Under the pieces are notes generated by a model. That model worked only from the letters and a program-made list of their open reading frames with translations. It did no database searches and was not told the origin of the DNA. A DNA stretch of 64,000 bases from an uncultured Mycoplasmatota bacterium (lineage in GTDB: Bacteria; Bacillota_I; Bacilli_A; RF39; UBA660): the NCBI GenBank assembly GCA_900549625.1, contig URPE01000002.1, positions 2,242-66,241 on the forward strand. Direction: 5' to 3'. Shown here piece after piece: positions 8,944 through 20,505 of this stretch (within the stretch, counting starts at the first letter, position 1; each line of letters begins with the position of its first letter). The position numbers were made by a program, and so were the translations under genes.

Positions 8944-9234
8944 TTATCTTTTGTTCCATGTAATACGCCCACGTGTTAAGTCATAAGGAGAAAGCTCAAT
9001 AGTAACTGTATCACCTGGTAGAATACGAATCATGTTCACTCGCATTTTACCAGAAACGTAGGCCTCTACAGTATAACCATTTGGTAACTCAACAATATAA
9101 TCTCCGCCTTTAGTAACATCTACTACTTTTCCTTCCACTTCAAGTTTATCAGATTTAGTATTATTACTAGGTTGTCTTTTTTTAATTACATCTTTACTTT
9201 GTAAATTACTTTTTCGATCATTTTTTTTCGCCAT
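8944..9234 (-). CDS. infA: Translation initiation factor IF-1 with ~25-aa basic N-terminal extension
   Basis: C-terminal 70 aa are the canonical S1-like IF-1 (EVEGKVVDV...[35 protein letters not shown]). They are preceded by [30 protein letters not shown]. Start is ATG 9232-9234 or 9238-9240. Confidence 0.93.
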   Translation of the reverse strand: MAKKNDRKSNLQSKDVIKKRQPSNNTKSDKLEVEGKVVDVTKGGDYIVELPNGYTVEAYVSGKMRVNMIRILPGDTVTIELSPYDLTRGRITWNKR

Positions 9235-9236
9235 AA

Positions 9237-9980
9237 TCATTCTCCCGTTAAAATTTCATAGCCATCTTCTGTAACACATACAGTATGTTCAAAATGAACA
9301 GATGGCATACCATCTCTGGTAACAATAGTCCAGTCATTATCTAACATTTCTACGTACCGTTCACCTAAATTTAACATTGGTTCAATCGCAATAGTCATGC
9401 CTTTTTTTAAAACCATTCCCGTATTAGGCTTACCATAATTTGGTACATCTGGACTTTCATGCATTTCAGTTCCTATCCCATGTCCCACTAGTTCTTCAAC
9501 TACGCTCAAGCCATGACTATGTGCATAAGACATAATTGCATAACTTACATCGCCTATTCGGGCTCCAGGACGAACCTGTTTGATACCTTCATAAAGTGCT
9601 TGTTCAGTATCAATTACACTTTGCTTTATAGTATCACTAACATTGCCAACTAAATAAGTTCTTGTCATATCTGACTCATAACCAGCCTTACGAACTGTAA
9701 AATCAAGTTTAACAATATCACCATCTTTTAATTTTCTATTAGATGGAATACCATGTACAACTTCATCGTTCACAGAAATACATGCACTAGCAGGAAAACC
9801 CTCATATCCAAGACATGATGGATAAGCCCCGTGAGCTACAACAAAATCATGAATATGTTTATCAAGTTCTTTTGTTGTAACCCCAGGCCTAATATATTTT
9901 TCTATTTCTTTATGTGCAAGGTAATTTATGTGTCCAGCCTCTTTCATAAGTTTAATTTCCCGATCACTTTTAATTGTCAT
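9237..9980 (-). CDS. map: Methionine aminopeptidase, type I
   Basis: 247-aa MetAP-I family sequence in the adk-map-infA position. Confidence 0.95.
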   Translation of the reverse strand: MTIKSDREIKLMKEAGHINYLAHKEIEKYIRPGVTTKELDKHIHDFVVAHGAYPSCLGYEGFPASACISVNDEVVHGIPSNRKLKDGDIVKLDFTVRKAGYESDMTRTYLVGNVSDTIKQSVIDTEQALYEGIKQVRPGARIGDVSYAIMSYAHSHGLSVVEELVGHGIGTEMHESPDVPNYGKPNTGMVLKKGMTIAIEPMLNLGERYVEMLDNDWTIVTRDGMPSVHFEHTVCVTEDGYEILTGE

Positions 9981-10614
9981 CTAAGACACCCCGCAATGAT
10001 TTAAGAGCACTACTTTGGTCTACATCATTATTAGAAATACTAGTAAACACTCCTTTTTCTTTATAAAAATCTATTAAAGGTAAAGTACTCTTTATAAATG
10101 TGTTATAACGAACCATATAAGATTCTATTGTATCATCTTCTCTTTGTATTAAAAGAGCATCACAATCATCACATTTATTTTCAATTTTTGGTTTAAAAGA
10201 GTCAATGTTTATATTATAACTACGATGACATTTACTACAAATTCTTCTACCGCATACACGATCTAACAGAATTTCTTTATCCACATCAATATAAACTACT
10301 ACAGCCTCTTTTTCTAAACCAGATAATATTATATCAAGTTTTTCTGCTTGTTGCAACGTTCTTGGTATACCATCTAAAATAAATGGTGTATCATTACTAA
10401 TATTTTTTAAAGCATCAGATATAATATCCATAATCATATCATCACTAACAAGTTTTCCACTTTTCAAAAAAAGGGCTAAATCTTTATCGATACTTGCCTT
10501 TTCTCTTAGCATATCACCTGTTGATAATTGAATGTATCCATAATTTTTAACTAAATAATCACTAAATGTTCCCTTGCCTGCACAAGGAGGAGAAAGAAAA
10601 ATTATATTTTTCAT
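9970..10614 (-). CDS. adk: Adenylate kinase (zinc-lid type)
   Basis: P-loop SPPCAGKGT and lid cysteines CSKC...CDDC. Lies between secY and map. Confidence 0.95.
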   Translation of the reverse strand: MKNIIFLSPPCAGKGTFSDYLVKNYGYIQLSTGDMLREKASIDKDLALFLKSGKLVSDDMIMDIISDALKNISNDTPFILDGIPRTLQQAEKLDIILSGLEKEAVVVYIDVDKEILLDRVCGRRICSKCHRSYNINIDSFKPKIENKCDDCDALLIQREDDTIESYMVRYNTFIKSTLPLIDFYKEKGVFTSISNNDVDQSSALKSLRGVLDDN

Positions 10615-10616
10615 TT

Positions 10617-11888
10617 TTATTTAACTCTCCTATGAGCAAACTTACGAGAAACAAGACCACTTTCAATTTGTTTGTATGTTTCAATAGCTACACCAACAAC
10701 TATTAATATACCAGTACCACCTATAGCAACTGATTGACTAAGACCAGTTAGATTTGAAATCAAAATTGGTGCTCCTGCTAAAAGAGCTATAAAAAATGAA
10801 CCAACTAAAGTCAAACGACTTACTACAGTACTAATATATTTAGTAGTTTCAACTCCTGGTCTAACGCCTGGAATATATGCACCACTCTTATTTAAGTCTT
10901 TACTCATTTCTTCAGGATTCATAGCCATAAAAGTATAGAAATAGCTGAAGAAAATAATAAGTGCTATATAAATTACAAAACCACTTAATGATGTATACAT
11001 AATATAGTTATTAACAAAATCAATTGCATTTTGGTTACCAATTATATTAACGATAATTGATGGAATAGTAAGTAACATAGAAGCAAATATTACAGGCATA
11101 ACACCAGCATAGTTAATTTTAAGTGGTAAATAACTTTCCTTTGCTCCATATGCACTAACGGTTTTATTTGCATATTGAATTCTTATTTTTCTTTCTGCAA
11201 GGCTAATCCAAACTACACCTACAATTACTAAGAAATACATTATAAGATAAATTATAAAGAATAATATACCAACCCATGAAGCATATGTACCAGCACCAAT
11301 AAATGCTTGATAAGCACCTGTAAAAACAGAAGGTAGTGATAACACAATACTTGCCATAATTAAAAGCGATTGGCCATTACCGATTCCTTTATTAGTAATT
11401 TGATCTCCAAGCCATAGTAATAAAGATGTACCAGCAGTCATAATTAAAGTGATTTTTAATATCATAGAAACATCGGTTACTTTTAAAAGGAAGACTGTAA
11501 GAACATAAGCTTGCACGAATGCAAGAGCAATTCCTAAATATCTTGTTATACGATTGATTTTTTGTCTTCCGACATAACCTTGTTCTTTTAATTCCTTAAA
11601 GTATGGAATAATATCCATCGTTAGTAACTGAGTTACAATCGATGCATTAATATAAGGGGTAACACCAAGGCCAAAGATTGAGAATCTTTCAAAACCTCCA
11701 CCACTCATTAAGTTAAACACACCAAGGAAATCTAAACCTCCATATAAAGTGCTTAACCAAGGTGTTGCCCATACAATGGTAATCCCTGTACCTAGGCAAT
11801 ATATACCTAGAACACAAATGGTAAAAAGAATTCTCTTTCTTAAATCTTTCGCGTCTTTGGAAAAAATCTTGAGTTCCCTTTTAGCCAT
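10617..11888 (-). CDS. secY: Preprotein translocase subunit SecY
   Basis: 423-aa polytopic membrane protein of the SecY family, in the canonical position. Confidence 0.96.
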   Translation of the reverse strand: MAKRELKIFSKDAKDLRKRILFTICVLGIYCLGTGITIVWATPWLSTLYGGLDFLGVFNLMSGGGFERFSIFGLGVTPYINASIVTQLLTMDIIPYFKELKEQGYVGRQKINRITRYLGIALAFVQAYVLTVFLLKVTDVSMILKITLIMTAGTSLLLWLGDQITNKGIGNGQSLLIMASIVLSLPSVFTGAYQAFIGAGTYASWVGILFFIIYLIMYFLVIVGVVWISLAERKIRIQYANKTVSAYGAKESYLPLKINYAGVMPVIFASMLLTIPSIIVNIIGNQNAIDFVNNYIMYTSLSGFVIYIALIIFFSYFYTFMAMNPEEMSKDLNKSGAYIPGVRPGVETTKYISTVVSRLTLVGSFFIALLAGAPILISNLTGLSQSVAIGGTGILIVVGVAIETYKQIESGLVSRKFAHRRVK

Positions 11889-11889
11889 A

Positions 11890-12333
11890 CTAGATCACCT
11901 CAGTTTTTCCACCTGCATTTTCAATCTTAGTAACAGCAAGACTAGAGAAACGATTAGCTTTAACAATCAATTTCTTAGTTAATTCGCCATTTGCTAAAAC
12001 TTTAACACCACTTAATTGTTTTTTAATAATTCCACGACTTTTTAAGATTTCTGGTGTAACCTCATCTCCATCATTAAAGAATGTTTCTAAGTCGCTTAAA
12101 TTAATAACAGCATATTTAGTTTCAAAACGAGTATTTTTAAATCCCCTTTTAGGTAATCTTCTATACAATGGAGATTGTCCACCTTGGAACCAAGCACTAA
12201 TGCTTACACCACTACGAGACTTTTGTCCTTTTTCTCCATGAGTAGAAGTTTTACCCATACCAGATCCAGGTCCACGACCAACACGTTTAGTAACTTTTAA
12301 TTCTTTTGTTTTAGGTAAACTTTCTAATCTCAT
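11890..12333 (-). CDS. rplO: 50S ribosomal protein L15
   Basis: 147-aa L15-family sequence. It starts 1 nt after the rpsE stop, so no rpmD lies between them. Confidence 0.96.
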   Translation of the reverse strand: MRLESLPKTKELKVTKRVGRGPGSGMGKTSTHGEKGQKSRSGVSISAWFQGGQSPLYRRLPKRGFKNTRFETKYAVINLSDLETFFNDGDEVTPEILKSRGIIKKQLSGVKVLANGELTKKLIVKANRFSSLAVTKIENAGGKTEVI

Positions 12334-12334
12334 A

Positions 12335-12838
12335 TTATAACTCCTCTACTTTCTTACCACGTAATTGAGCAATTTTAGCAGGTGTTCTAACAGATTTTAA
12401 AGCTTCTAATGTAGCCTTAGCAACGTTAACTTGAGTGTTGCTACCTAAACTTTTAGAAACAATATCCTTAACCCCAGCAAGTTCAAGTACAGCACGAGCA
12501 GCACCACCAGCAATAACACCAGTACCTTCTTTAGCAGGTTTTACTAAAACAACTGCGCGACCAACTTTACCAGTAGCTTCATGAGGAATAGTACGATTAT
12601 CTTGTAATGCTACACGGAATACATTTTTGTTTGCAGCCTTTGAAGCCTTTGCAATTGCATCATTAACTTCATTAGCTTTTCCAGTACCAATACCAACTAA
12701 ACCTTTACGGTTACCAACTACAACAGTAGCAGAAAAACGAAAATGTCTACCACCTTTTGTAACTTTTGTAACACGTCCTAAATTAATAACTTTTTCTTCT
12801 AATAATTTTTTCTTTGGATCCATATTTTGTCTAGCCAT
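12335..12838 (-). CDS. rpsE: 30S ribosomal protein S5
   Basis: 167-aa S5-family sequence. Confidence 0.96.
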   Translation of the reverse strand: MARQNMDPKKKLLEEKVINLGRVTKVTKGGRHFRFSATVVVGNRKGLVGIGTGKANEVNDAIAKASKAANKNVFRVALQDNRTIPHEATGKVGRAVVLVKPAKEGTGVIAGGAARAVLELAGVKDIVSKSLGSNTQVNVAKATLEALKSVRTPAKIAQLRGKKVEEL

Positions 12839-12849
12839 AAATAACCCTC

Positions 12850-13203
12850 CTAAAATTGTAAGCCGTTTTCACGTGCAGCATTAGCTAAAGCCTCTACACG
12901 TCCATGATAAAGATATCCACCTCTATCGAAAACAACTTTTTCTATTTTTTTATCAATACATTTTTTAGCGATGTCAGCACCAACTGCTTTTGCACCTTCA
13001 ATGTTTCCACCATTAACTTTTAACATTTTAGAAGAAGAGCTAGCTAAAGTAACGCCTTTTACATCATCGATTACTTGAACATAAATCTCTTTATTAGAAC
13101 GAAATACATTTAATCTTGGCATTTCTGTTGTACCACTAATATTTTTTCTAACTCTTGCATGACGTCTTAGTCTTGCAACATTTCTAGATTCTTTCTTAAT
13201 CAT
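12850..13203 (-). CDS. rplR: 50S ribosomal protein L18
   Basis: 117-aa L18-family sequence (...[15 protein letters not shown]...). Confidence 0.96.
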   Translation of the reverse strand: MIKKESRNVARLRRHARVRKNISGTTEMPRLNVFRSNKEIYVQVIDDVKGVTLASSSSKMLKVNGGNIEGAKAVGADIAKKCIDKKIEKVVFDRGGYLYHGRVEALANAARENGLQF

Positions 13204-13211
13204 ATTATCAC

Positions 13212-13751
13212 CTACTTAGCCGCTTTCTTTCCTTCTTTACGACGTACATGTTCGCCTTTATATCGAATTCCTTTTCCTTTGTAAGGTTCTGGACTTCTTA
13301 TTTCACGAATCTTAGCCGCAAATTCAGATACTTTTTGTTTATCAATACCAGAAAGTTCAATTTCTGTATTGCTAATACCTTTTACTTCAACGCCTTCAGG
13401 ACATACAACCTCTACAGGATGAGAAAAACCAGCATTTATACCAATTTTATTTCCTGAAACATTGAAACGATAACCTACACCAACTATTTCTAATCCTTTA
13501 GTATAGCCTTCACTTACACCAATTAACATATTATTAATAAGTGAATTAACTGTGCCATAAATAACATTTGCGCGAGCACTATTATCTTTAGCTTTTGTTT
13601 CAATAGTACCATCAGTAATAACTACATCTACTAATGGATCTACTGTAAGAGTAAGTGTTCCCTTACTAGATTTAGCAGTAAACACATTATCTTTTAAAGA
13701 TGCTTCCACACCATTTGGGATTTGAAGTTTTCTATTTCCGATTCTACTCAT
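13212..13751 (-). CDS. rplF: 50S ribosomal protein L6
   Basis: L6 family. Start set to ATG 13749-13751 ([12 protein letters not shown]...), 8 nt after the rpsH stop. Confidence 0.95.
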   Translation of the reverse strand: MSRIGNRKLQIPNGVEASLKDNVFTAKSSKGTLTLTVDPLVDVVITDGTIETKAKDNSARANVIYGTVNSLINNMLIGVSEGYTKGLEIVGVGYRFNVSGNKIGINAGFSHPVEVVCPEGVEVKGISNTEIELSGIDKQKVSEFAAKIREIRSPEPYKGKGIRYKGEHVRRKEGKKAAK

Positions 13752-13759
13752 AAACACGC

Positions 13760-14155
13760 TTACCAAATATAGGCAAGAACTTCGCCTCCTAACTTAGCTT
13801 GTCTAGCTTCTTTATCTGTCATTAAGCCTTTAGAAGTTGAAATAATAGCAATTCCAAGACCATTTAATACATAAGGAATTTCTGAAGATTTAGCATAAAC
13901 ACGTAATCCAGATTTACTAATTCTTTTTAAACCAGTAATAACTCTTTCTTTACGATCACCATATTTTAAAGTTAAAGTCATTGTATCACCATTTGTATGT
14001 TTTTCATAAACATAATCAGCAATATAACCTTCTCTTTTTAAAATTTCAGCAATACCTAAAGTCATCTTTGTTCCAAGTACAACAACAGTATCATATTTTA
14101 ATTGATTTGCATTACGAATTCTTGTAAGCATATCAGCAATTTTATCTTGTACCAT
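13760..14155 (-). CDS. rpsH: 30S ribosomal protein S8
   Basis: 131-aa S8-family sequence. Confidence 0.96.
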   Translation of the reverse strand: MVQDKIADMLTRIRNANQLKYDTVVVLGTKMTLGIAEILKREGYIADYVYEKHTNGDTMTLTLKYGDRKERVITGLKRISKSGLRVYAKSSEIPYVLNGLGIAIISTSKGLMTDKEARQAKLGGEVLAYIW

Positions 14156-14166
14156 AACTTAACCTC

Positions 14167-14352
14167 CTACCAGCTTGCTTTCTTAACGCCAGGAATCTTA
14201 CCTTCATTAGCAAGTTCCCTAAAACATATACGACATAAATGATATTTACGTAGAACACCATGAGGTCTTCCACATCTTTCGCAACGCGTATAAGCTCTTG
14301 TACTAAACTTAGGCGTTCTAGATTGTTTAACTTTTAAACTTGTTTTTGCCAT
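14167..14352 (-). CDS. rpsN: 30S ribosomal protein S14, short zinc-ribbon (type Z) form
   Basis: 61 aa reading [12 protein letters not shown]...[32 protein letters not shown] before ATG 14350-14352; the track ORF is N-terminally over-extended. Confidence 0.95.
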   Translation of the reverse strand: MAKTSLKVKQSRTPKFSTRAYTRCERCGRPHGVLRKYHLCRICFRELANEGKIPGVKKASW

Positions 14353-14362
14353 AGTGTTCCTC

Positions 14363-14902
14363 CTATTTCTTGAAAGGCATTTTAAATCCTGCAAGTAATG
14401 CCTTTGCTTCTTCGTTAGTTTTAGCTGTTGTAACCATTACAACATCCATACCACGAATCTTTAATACGTTATCATAGTCAATTTCTGGGAAAATTAATTG
14501 TTCTTTTACACCAAGTGTATAATTTCCATGTCCATCAAAAGCAGTTTTTGAAACACCACGGAAGTCTCTTACACGAGGAAGAGCAACACGAATTAATTTT
14601 TCTAAGAAAATATACATTTTTTCTCCACGTAAAGTTACCTTAACACCAATAGATTGTCCTTCACGAATTTTAAATCCAGCGATAGACTTATGTGCTTTAG
14701 TAACAACTGCTTTTTGACCAGTAATAGTCTCTAAGTCTTTTAAAGCAGCATCAATATATTTTTCATCAATGTGGCCTTCACCAACACCGATATTAATGAC
14801 AATTTTTTCTAATTTAGGAACTTGCATTACAGAAGCGTAATTAAATTCTTTCATTAATGCAGGAACAATTTCCTTTTTATATAAATCTTTATATGCACTC
14901 AT
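14363..14902 (-). CDS. rplE: 50S ribosomal protein L5
   Basis: 179-aa L5-family sequence. Confidence 0.96.
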   Translation of the reverse strand: MSAYKDLYKKEIVPALMKEFNYASVMQVPKLEKIVINIGVGEGHIDEKYIDAALKDLETITGQKAVVTKAHKSIAGFKIREGQSIGVKVTLRGEKMYIFLEKLIRVALPRVRDFRGVSKTAFDGHGNYTLGVKEQLIFPEIDYDNVLKIRGMDVVMVTTAKTNEEAKALLAGFKMPFKK

Positions 14903-14913
14903 ACATTCCCACC

Positions 14914-15150
14914 TTAATTTTTACCTTTCTTAGTTTCTACTTTTTTAACGTTAGATACATGAATTGGAGCTTCAATATCAAATATTCCTCCACCTTCATT
15001 ATTTTGATTAGGTTTAGTATGTTTTTTTACAAGGTTTAATCCTTCAACAACAACTTTATCTTTTTTTCTTAAAGTTCTTAGAACTCTGCCAGTTTTCCCT
15101 TTATCTTTACCAGCAATTATTTCTACTTGATCATTTACTTTTATTTTCAT
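14914..15150 (-). CDS. rplX: 50S ribosomal protein L24
   Basis: 78-aa L24 family with KOW motif ([11 protein letters not shown]). Confidence 0.95.
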   Translation of the reverse strand: MKIKVNDQVEIIAGKDKGKTGRVLRTLRKKDKVVVEGLNLVKKHTKPNQNNEGGGIFDIEAPIHVSNVKKVETKKGKN

Positions 15151-15159
15151 GTAAACCTC

Positions 15160-15528
15160 CTATATAACTTCACTTGCTAAAGAAACTATTTTCATGAAAT
15201 CTTTTTCACGAAGTTCTCTTGCAACTGGACCTAATACACGTGTACCAACTGGAGTTTTATCATCTTTAATAATAACACAAGCATTATCATCAAATTTAAT
15301 ATAACTTCCATCTTTTCTTCTAACGCCTTGTACGCTTCTAACAATAACAGCCTTTACAACTTTACCTTTTTTTAAGTTACTATTTGGAATAGCTTTTTTT
15401 ACAGTACAAACAACAACATCACCAATATTAGCAGTTTTTCTATTACTTCCACCTAAGCAGCGAATTACTAATACTTCACGAGCACCAGTATTATCAGCAA
15501 CTTTAAGTCTAGATTCTTGCATTACCAT
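15160..15528 (-). CDS. rplN: 50S ribosomal protein L14
   Basis: 122-aa L14-family sequence ([13 protein letters not shown]...). Confidence 0.96.
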   Translation of the reverse strand: MVMQESRLKVADNTGAREVLVIRCLGGSNRKTANIGDVVVCTVKKAIPNSNLKKGKVVKAVIVRSVQGVRRKDGSYIKFDDNACVIIKDDKTPVGTRVLGPVARELREKDFMKIVSLASEVI

Positions 15529-15539
15529 AAGATTACCTC

Positions 15540-15800
15540 CTAAAGGATAACAGCTTCAATTAAAACCTCAACAAGTTCATATCTTTTAGTTTTAGATAAT
15601 GGTCTTGTTGCTCTAATTCTTACTGTATCTCCTACTTTTGCAACATTTTTCTCATCATGTGCAGCATACTTTTTAGAATACTTTACACGTTTTCCATATA
15701 ATGGATGTTTTTTATGAGTTTCTACTAATACTGTAATAGTTTTATCGTTTTTTGCACTAACAACTTTTCCAACTAATTCTTGTTTTCTATTTTCTGCCAT
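15540..15800 (-). CDS. rpsQ: 30S ribosomal protein S17
   Basis: 86-aa S17-family sequence. Confidence 0.95.
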   Translation of the reverse strand: MAENRKQELVGKVVSAKNDKTITVLVETHKKHPLYGKRVKYSKKYAAHDEKNVAKVGDTVRIRATRPLSKTKRYELVEVLIEAVIL

Positions 15801-16006
15801 TATTTGTTACCTCCCTTTTGAAGTTCTCTTTCTTTTAAAATTGTCATCATACGAGCTATGTCTTTTTTCATCATGCTCATTTTATGAGGTTTTTCTAATG
15901 CTCCTCTTGCATTTTGCATACGCATATTTAGAAGTTCACTTTTACCTTCTTTAATTTTTTCAATAATTTCTTCATCAGTCATTTTACGAATTTCTTGAGC
16001 AGTCAT
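15800..16006 (-). CDS. rpmC: 50S ribosomal protein L29
   Basis: 68-aa L29-family sequence. Confidence 0.93.
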   Translation of the reverse strand: MTAQEIRKMTDEEIIEKIKEGKSELLNMRMQNARGALEKPHKMSMMKKDIARMMTILKERELQKGGNK

Positions 16007-16422
16007 TAGATTTCACCTTCTTTTTTTACAAATTTACATTTAACAGGTAATTTGTGAGAAGCAAGTCTAAGTGCTTCACGAGCAATCTCTTCGCTAACAC
16101 CAGAAACCTCAAACATGATTTTTCCTTTTTTAACTACAGCTACCCATTCATCAACATTACCTTTACCTTTACCTTGACGAGTTTCAAGAGGTTTTTTAGT
16201 ACGAGCTAAATGAGGGAAAATATTAATAAATACTTTACCACCACGTTTCATATAACGAGTCATCGCAATACGAGCCGCTTCAATTTGACGAGCACTAACA
16301 TAGTTTCCTTCTTTAGCCATTAAACCGAATTCACCAAATTGTAATTCAGTATTTCCTTTAGCATGTCCATCATAAGTAAGACGATGTGGTTTACGATATT
16401 TAGTTCTTTTTGGCATTAACAT
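16006..16422 (-). CDS. rplP: 50S ribosomal protein L16
   Basis: L16 family. Start at ATG 16420-16422 ([11 protein letters not shown]...) after AAGGAG. Overlaps the rpsC 3' end by 23 nt. Confidence 0.95.
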   Translation of the reverse strand: MLMPKRTKYRKPHRLTYDGHAKGNTELQFGEFGLMAKEGNYVSARQIEAARIAMTRYMKRGGKVFINIFPHLARTKKPLETRQGKGKGNVDEWVAVVKKGKIMFEVSGVSEEIAREALRLASHKLPVKCKFVKKEGEI

Positions 16423-17083
16423 CTTTACCACTCTCCTTTACATTTCTTTTTGATGGTAGTATTTCACCTTTATAAATCCATACTTTAACACCAATTTTAC
16501 CATAAGTAGTATCAGCTTCACTTTGAGCATAATCAATGTTAGCACGAATTGTGTGAAGAGGAACAGTACCTTCTGTATAACCTTCACTACGAGCCATTTC
16601 TACACCACCTAAACGTCCAGAAACTAAAGTCTTAATACCTTTAGCACCAGCTTTCATAGTGTTTCTAATAGCGCGTTTTTGAGCACTTCTAAATGGTGCA
16701 CGGTTTTCAATTTGCATTGCTATATTATCAGCAACTAATTTAGCGCATAAATCAGCACTTTTTGAAACATCTTGGATTGAAACATAAACTTCTTCACCAA
16801 CATGTCTAGATAAATCTTTACGTAGTTTATCAATATCTTCACCGCCACGACCAATAATAACACCAGGCTTAGCAGTATTAATAGTAATTTCTACACGATT
16901 TTTCTTACGTTCAATAAGGATAGAAGCAACAGCAGCATCTTTTAATTTTTCTTCTAAATATTTACGGATTTTTAAATCTTTATTTAAAGTTGTACCAAAA
17001 TCACTTTTTGATGCATACCATTTAGATTCCCAATCTTTATTAACACCTAAACGGTATCCAATAGGATTAACTTTTTGTCCCAT
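16400..17083 (-). CDS. rpsC: 30S ribosomal protein S3
   Basis: 227-aa S3-family sequence ([13 protein letters not shown]...). Confidence 0.96.
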   Translation of the reverse strand: MGQKVNPIGYRLGVNKDWESKWYASKSDFGTTLNKDLKIRKYLEEKLKDAAVASILIERKKNRVEITINTAKPGVIIGRGGEDIDKLRKDLSRHVGEEVYVSIQDVSKSADLCAKLVADNIAMQIENRAPFRSAQKRAIRNTMKAGAKGIKTLVSGRLGGVEMARSEGYTEGTVPLHTIRANIDYAQSEADTTYGKIGVKVWIYKGEILPSKRNVKESGKDVNAKKN

Positions 17084-17430
17084 TAGTTATTGTCTCCTTT
17101 CCCGTCACTTACTTTAACAATAATATGACTTGTTCTTTTATCTCTTCTATCAACATTACCACGACTTGCAAATTTAATTCTCTTATAAACAGGTCCTGGA
17201 TTAATCATACATTCTGAGATAAATAATTCACTTTCTTGAGCCCCAAAGTTATTAGTAGCATTAGCAACAGCACTTTCTAATACTTTAGAGATTAAACGAC
17301 TTGCTTTTGTATTCGTTGTACTAAGAATACTTCTAGCAGAACTAACGCTTTTACCACGGATTAAATCCATAGTCATACGAGCCTTTCTAGGAGCTATCAT
17401 AGCACTTTTATGTATTGCATAAGTTTCCAT
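17083..17430 (-). CDS. rplV: 50S ribosomal protein L22
   Basis: 115-aa L22-family sequence. Confidence 0.95.
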   Translation of the reverse strand: METYAIHKSAMIAPRKARMTMDLIRGKSVSSARSILSTTNTKASRLISKVLESAVANATNNFGAQESELFISECMINPGPVYKRIKFASRGNVDRRDKRTSHIIVKVSDGKGDNN

Positions 17431-17439
17431 ATATACCTC

Positions 17440-17703
17440 CTACTTCTGACCTGCATGTCCGCCGAACTTACGAGTTGCCGCAAATTCTCCTAATTTATGT
17501 CCAACCATTTCTTCAGTTACATAAACGGGAATAAAATCTTTTCCGTTATGAACAGCAAATGTATGTCCAACAAAACTAGGAAAAATAGTAGAACGACGAG
17601 AATAAGTTTTAATTACTTCTTTTTTATTACTTTCATTTAATTTATCAACCTTTTTAAGTAGATAACTATCTGCAAAAGGTCCTTTTTTTAAACTTCTAGC
17701 CAT
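17440..17703 (-). CDS. rpsS: 30S ribosomal protein S19
   Basis: 87-aa S19-family sequence ([10 protein letters not shown]...). Confidence 0.96.
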   Translation of the reverse strand: MARSLKKGPFADSYLLKKVDKLNESNKKEVIKTYSRRSTIFPSFVGHTFAVHNGKDFIPVYVTEEMVGHKLGEFAATRKFGGHAGQK

Positions 17704-17714
17704 TTTTTGTCCTC

Positions 17715-18545
17715 CTATTTCTTTCTACGACTAACAATAAGTTTGTCAGAAGCCTTTTTATTTTTTCTTGTTTTATAACCAAGAGCAGGTTTACCCCATG
17801 GAGTCATTGGACTCTTACGTCCTACTGGAGCACGACCTTCACCACCACCATGTGGGTGATCATTAGGGTTCATAACAGAACCACGGTTTGTAGGTTTAAT
17901 ACCCATATGTCTTTTACGTCCAGCCTTACCTAAGTTAACAAGTTCATAGTCTTCGTTACCAACAACACCAATAGTTGCCATGCAGTTTCCTAAAATTTTT
18001 CTTGTTTCACCAGATTGTAAACGAACTAAAACATATTTTCCTTCACGTCCTAAGATTTGTGCAGAAGCACCAGCACTTCGGCATAGGCTTGCACCACTAC
18101 CTGGATTAAGTTCAATACAATGAATAACAGTACCAACTGGAATACTCATAAGTGGTAAAGCATTACCAACTTTAATATCAGCGTTTTCACCGTTTTCAAT
18201 AATCATACCAACTTTTAATCCTTTAGGAGCAATGATATATCTCTTTTCACCATCTAAGTAGTTAATAAGAGCAATATTAGCATTACGGTTTGGATCGTAT
18301 TCAATAGTAGCAACACGTCCTGTAACACCAATTTTATTTCTTTTAAAATCGATTACACGATATTTTCTTTTAGCTCCCCCACCAATGTGACGAACAGTAA
18401 GTTTACCTTGATTATTACGTCCACCAGTTTTAGTCTTTTTAACTAAAAGTGATTTAGTAGGAGTAGAAGTAGTTAACTCTTCATTGGCTAAAGTACTCAT
18501 GCCTCTACGGCCATTTGTTGTTGGTTTAAATTTCTTAATTGCCAT
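17715..18545 (-). CDS. rplB: 50S ribosomal protein L2
   Basis: 276-aa L2-family sequence (...[13 protein letters not shown]...). Confidence 0.97.
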   Translation of the reverse strand: MAIKKFKPTTNGRRGMSTLANEELTTSTPTKSLLVKKTKTGGRNNQGKLTVRHIGGGAKRKYRVIDFKRNKIGVTGRVATIEYDPNRNANIALINYLDGEKRYIIAPKGLKVGMIIENGENADIKVGNALPLMSIPVGTVIHCIELNPGSGASLCRSAGASAQILGREGKYVLVRLQSGETRKILGNCMATIGVVGNEDYELVNLGKAGRKRHMGIKPTNRGSVMNPNDHPHGGGEGRAPVGRKSPMTPWGKPALGYKTRKNKKASDKLIVSRRKK

Positions 18546-18555
18546 AATATCCCTC

Positions 18556-18828
18556 CTACATTTCTATTGATGAGCCTTGTGCAAGTCTCACCATAGCTTT
18601 TTTGTAAGTTTTTGTTTTACCAGTGTACTTACCAACACGACGAGCCTTAGGTTTAGTGATTAATGTATTAACACTTACCACTTTAACACCAAATTGACGT
18701 TCAATTTCGCTTTTGATTTGTGTTTTAGTAGCTCTTTTGTCTACTTTAAATGTATAAACGCCTTCTTGGTTTTGAGTCATACTCTTTTCTGTAATAACTG
18801 GCCCTAAAATAATATCTGGATTACGCAT
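18556..18828 (-). CDS. rplW: 50S ribosomal protein L23
   Basis: 90-aa L23-family sequence. Confidence 0.95.
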   Translation of the reverse strand: MRNPDIILGPVITEKSMTQNQEGVYTFKVDKRATKTQIKSEIERQFGVKVVSVNTLITKPKARRVGKYTGKTKTYKKAMVRLAQGSSIEM

Positions 18829-19450
18829 TTAACATACCCTCCTCGATTTTCTTAACTGCTGCTTCATCAATTACTAATGTATCAGCATTTAAAATATCTA
18901 AGACGTTAATTTCATCTGCAACAATATGATATGCATATCCTAAGTTACGACAAGCCATGTATAAATTTTCACAATCACTTTCAGTAACAAATAATACTTT
19001 ACCTTCTAAATTAGCAGTCTTAACTAACTCTTTAATATCTTTAGTTTTTAAAGTAGGTAATTCTAAGTTTTCAAAAATAACAATTTTTCCTTGACTCATT
19101 TTGTCTCTTAAAGCACTAACAAGAGCAAGTACTCTTTCTTTCTTATTAATTTTGAAACTATAGTCACGTGGGCATACACCATGAGGAACGCCTCCACCTA
19201 CCCATTGAGTAGCACGAATACTACCTTGTCTTGCACGACCTGTACCTTTTTGTTTCCAAGGTTTTCTACCGCCACCAGAAACTTCGCTACGATTTTTTGT
19301 TTTACGAGTTCCTTGACGAGTAGCTGCAAGTTGTAAACGCACCATTTTTTTAAGTGCATCTTCATGAACATCACCAGACCAAACAGAATCATTTAAAGTG
19401 ATATCACGAACTTTTTCTGAATTTAAATTCTTAACTTCAATTTTTGCCAT
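18821..19450 (-). CDS. rplD: 50S ribosomal protein L4
   Basis: 209-aa L4-family sequence. Confidence 0.96.
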   Translation of the reverse strand: MAKIEVKNLNSEKVRDITLNDSVWSGDVHEDALKKMVRLQLAATRQGTRKTKNRSEVSGGGRKPWKQKGTGRARQGSIRATQWVGGGVPHGVCPRDYSFKINKKERVLALVSALRDKMSQGKIVIFENLELPTLKTKDIKELVKTANLEGKVLFVTESDCENLYMACRNLGYAYHIVADEINVLDILNADTLVIDEAAVKKIEEGMLNA

Positions 19451-19471
19451 AATTATCTTTCCTTTCTGATT

Positions 19472-20179
19472 CTATTCTTCTGTTTTAGTAGTTTCTTCTT
19501 CACTCTCTACTGGAGCAGAAACTTCTTCATAAGAAATAATCTCTTTTGGATTTTTCTTAACATTATTTTTAACTGCACTGCAAATAGTAACTAAGCCTTT
19601 TTTAGCACCTGGCACATTACCACTTACTAAAATATAATTTTCAGCTGCATTAGCTTCAATTATCTCAAGGTTTTGTACAGTAACAGTTTCACTACCCATA
19701 TGTCCTGGTAAGTTTTTACCTTTTAATACTCTTTTTGGAAGCATAGTTCCTAAAGAACCAGGTCCTCTATGATAATGAGATCCATGAGTCATAGGTCCAC
19801 GACTTTGACCATGTCTTTTGATTGTACCAGCAAATCCTTTACCTTTAGATGTACCAGTAACATCAACGATATCGCCAACCTCAAATATATCTGCGCTTAC
19901 TTTATCTCCAACTTGATATCCTTCGAAGTCACGAATTTCTTTCAAGAAGCGCTTAGGAGTGGTGTTAGCTTTTTTCGCGTGTCCAACACTTGCACGACTA
20001 GAATTTTTTTCTTTTTTGTCAACTACGCCAAGTTGAATAGCATTATAGCCATCAGTTTCAACAGTTTTAACTTGCATTACAGTATTAGGTTCAACACTAA
20101 CAACTGTAACAGGAATTAATTTACCATCTTTACTGAAAACTTGAGTCATTCCAACTTTACGTCCTAAGATTCCTTTCAT
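19472..20179 (-). CDS. rplC: 50S ribosomal protein L3 (acidic C-terminal tail)
   Basis: 235-aa L3-family sequence ending in ...[18 protein letters not shown]. Confidence 0.96.
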   Translation of the reverse strand: MKGILGRKVGMTQVFSKDGKLIPVTVVSVEPNTVMQVKTVETDGYNAIQLGVVDKKEKNSSRASVGHAKKANTTPKRFLKEIRDFEGYQVGDKVSADIFEVGDIVDVTGTSKGKGFAGTIKRHGQSRGPMTHGSHYHRGPGSLGTMLPKRVLKGKNLPGHMGSETVTVQNLEIIEANAAENYILVSGNVPGAKKGLVTICSAVKNNVKKNPKEIISYEEVSAPVESEEETTKTEE

Positions 20180-20196
20180 GTCTCTTTCCTTTCTAA

Positions 20197-20505
20197 TTAT
20201 AATTTGATATTAATGTCAACGCCACTTGGTAAATCAAGTCTTGTTAAAGCATCAATAATTTCTTTACTAGGATCTAAAATATCAATAAGTCTCTTGTGAG
20301 TACGACTTTCAAATTGTTCACGAGAGTCTTTATATTTATGTACAGCTCTTAAAACAGTAACTCTTTCAACTTCAGTTGGAAGTGGTACAGGTCCAGAAAC
20401 AGTACCTCCTAATCTCTTAACAGTTTCCACAATTTTACCAGCAGCCATATCTAAAACTTTAGAATCGAATGCTTTTAAATTGATACGAACTTTGCTCTTT
20501 GACAT
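20197..20505 (-). CDS. rpsJ: 30S ribosomal protein S10
   Basis: 102-aa S10-family sequence; first gene of the S10 operon. Confidence 0.96.
   Translation of the reverse strand: MSKSKVRINLKAFDSKVLDMAAGKIVETVKRLGGTVSGPVPLPTEVERVTVLRAVHKYKDSREQFESRTHKRLIDILDPSKEIIDALTRLDLPSGVDINIKL

Noticed and set aside
16400-16422. A 23-nt overlap between the rpsC 3' end and the rplP start, considered as a possible frameshift or fusion signal.
   Set aside because: Both proteins are full-length and canonical, and rplP has its own AAGGAG RBS inside the rpsC tail. This is ordinary translational coupling.
4307-20119. Plus-strand ORFs of 60-116 aa inside the ribosomal cluster (4307-4528, 5397-5594, 8179-8433, 11749-11982, 12627-12884, 13248-13457, 14857-15039, 19769-20119).
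   Set aside because: All are antisense to highly conserved ribosomal, secY or rpo genes. They have low-complexity, Phe/Ser/Asn-rich products and no RBS, which makes them typical shadow ORFs of AT-rich DNA.
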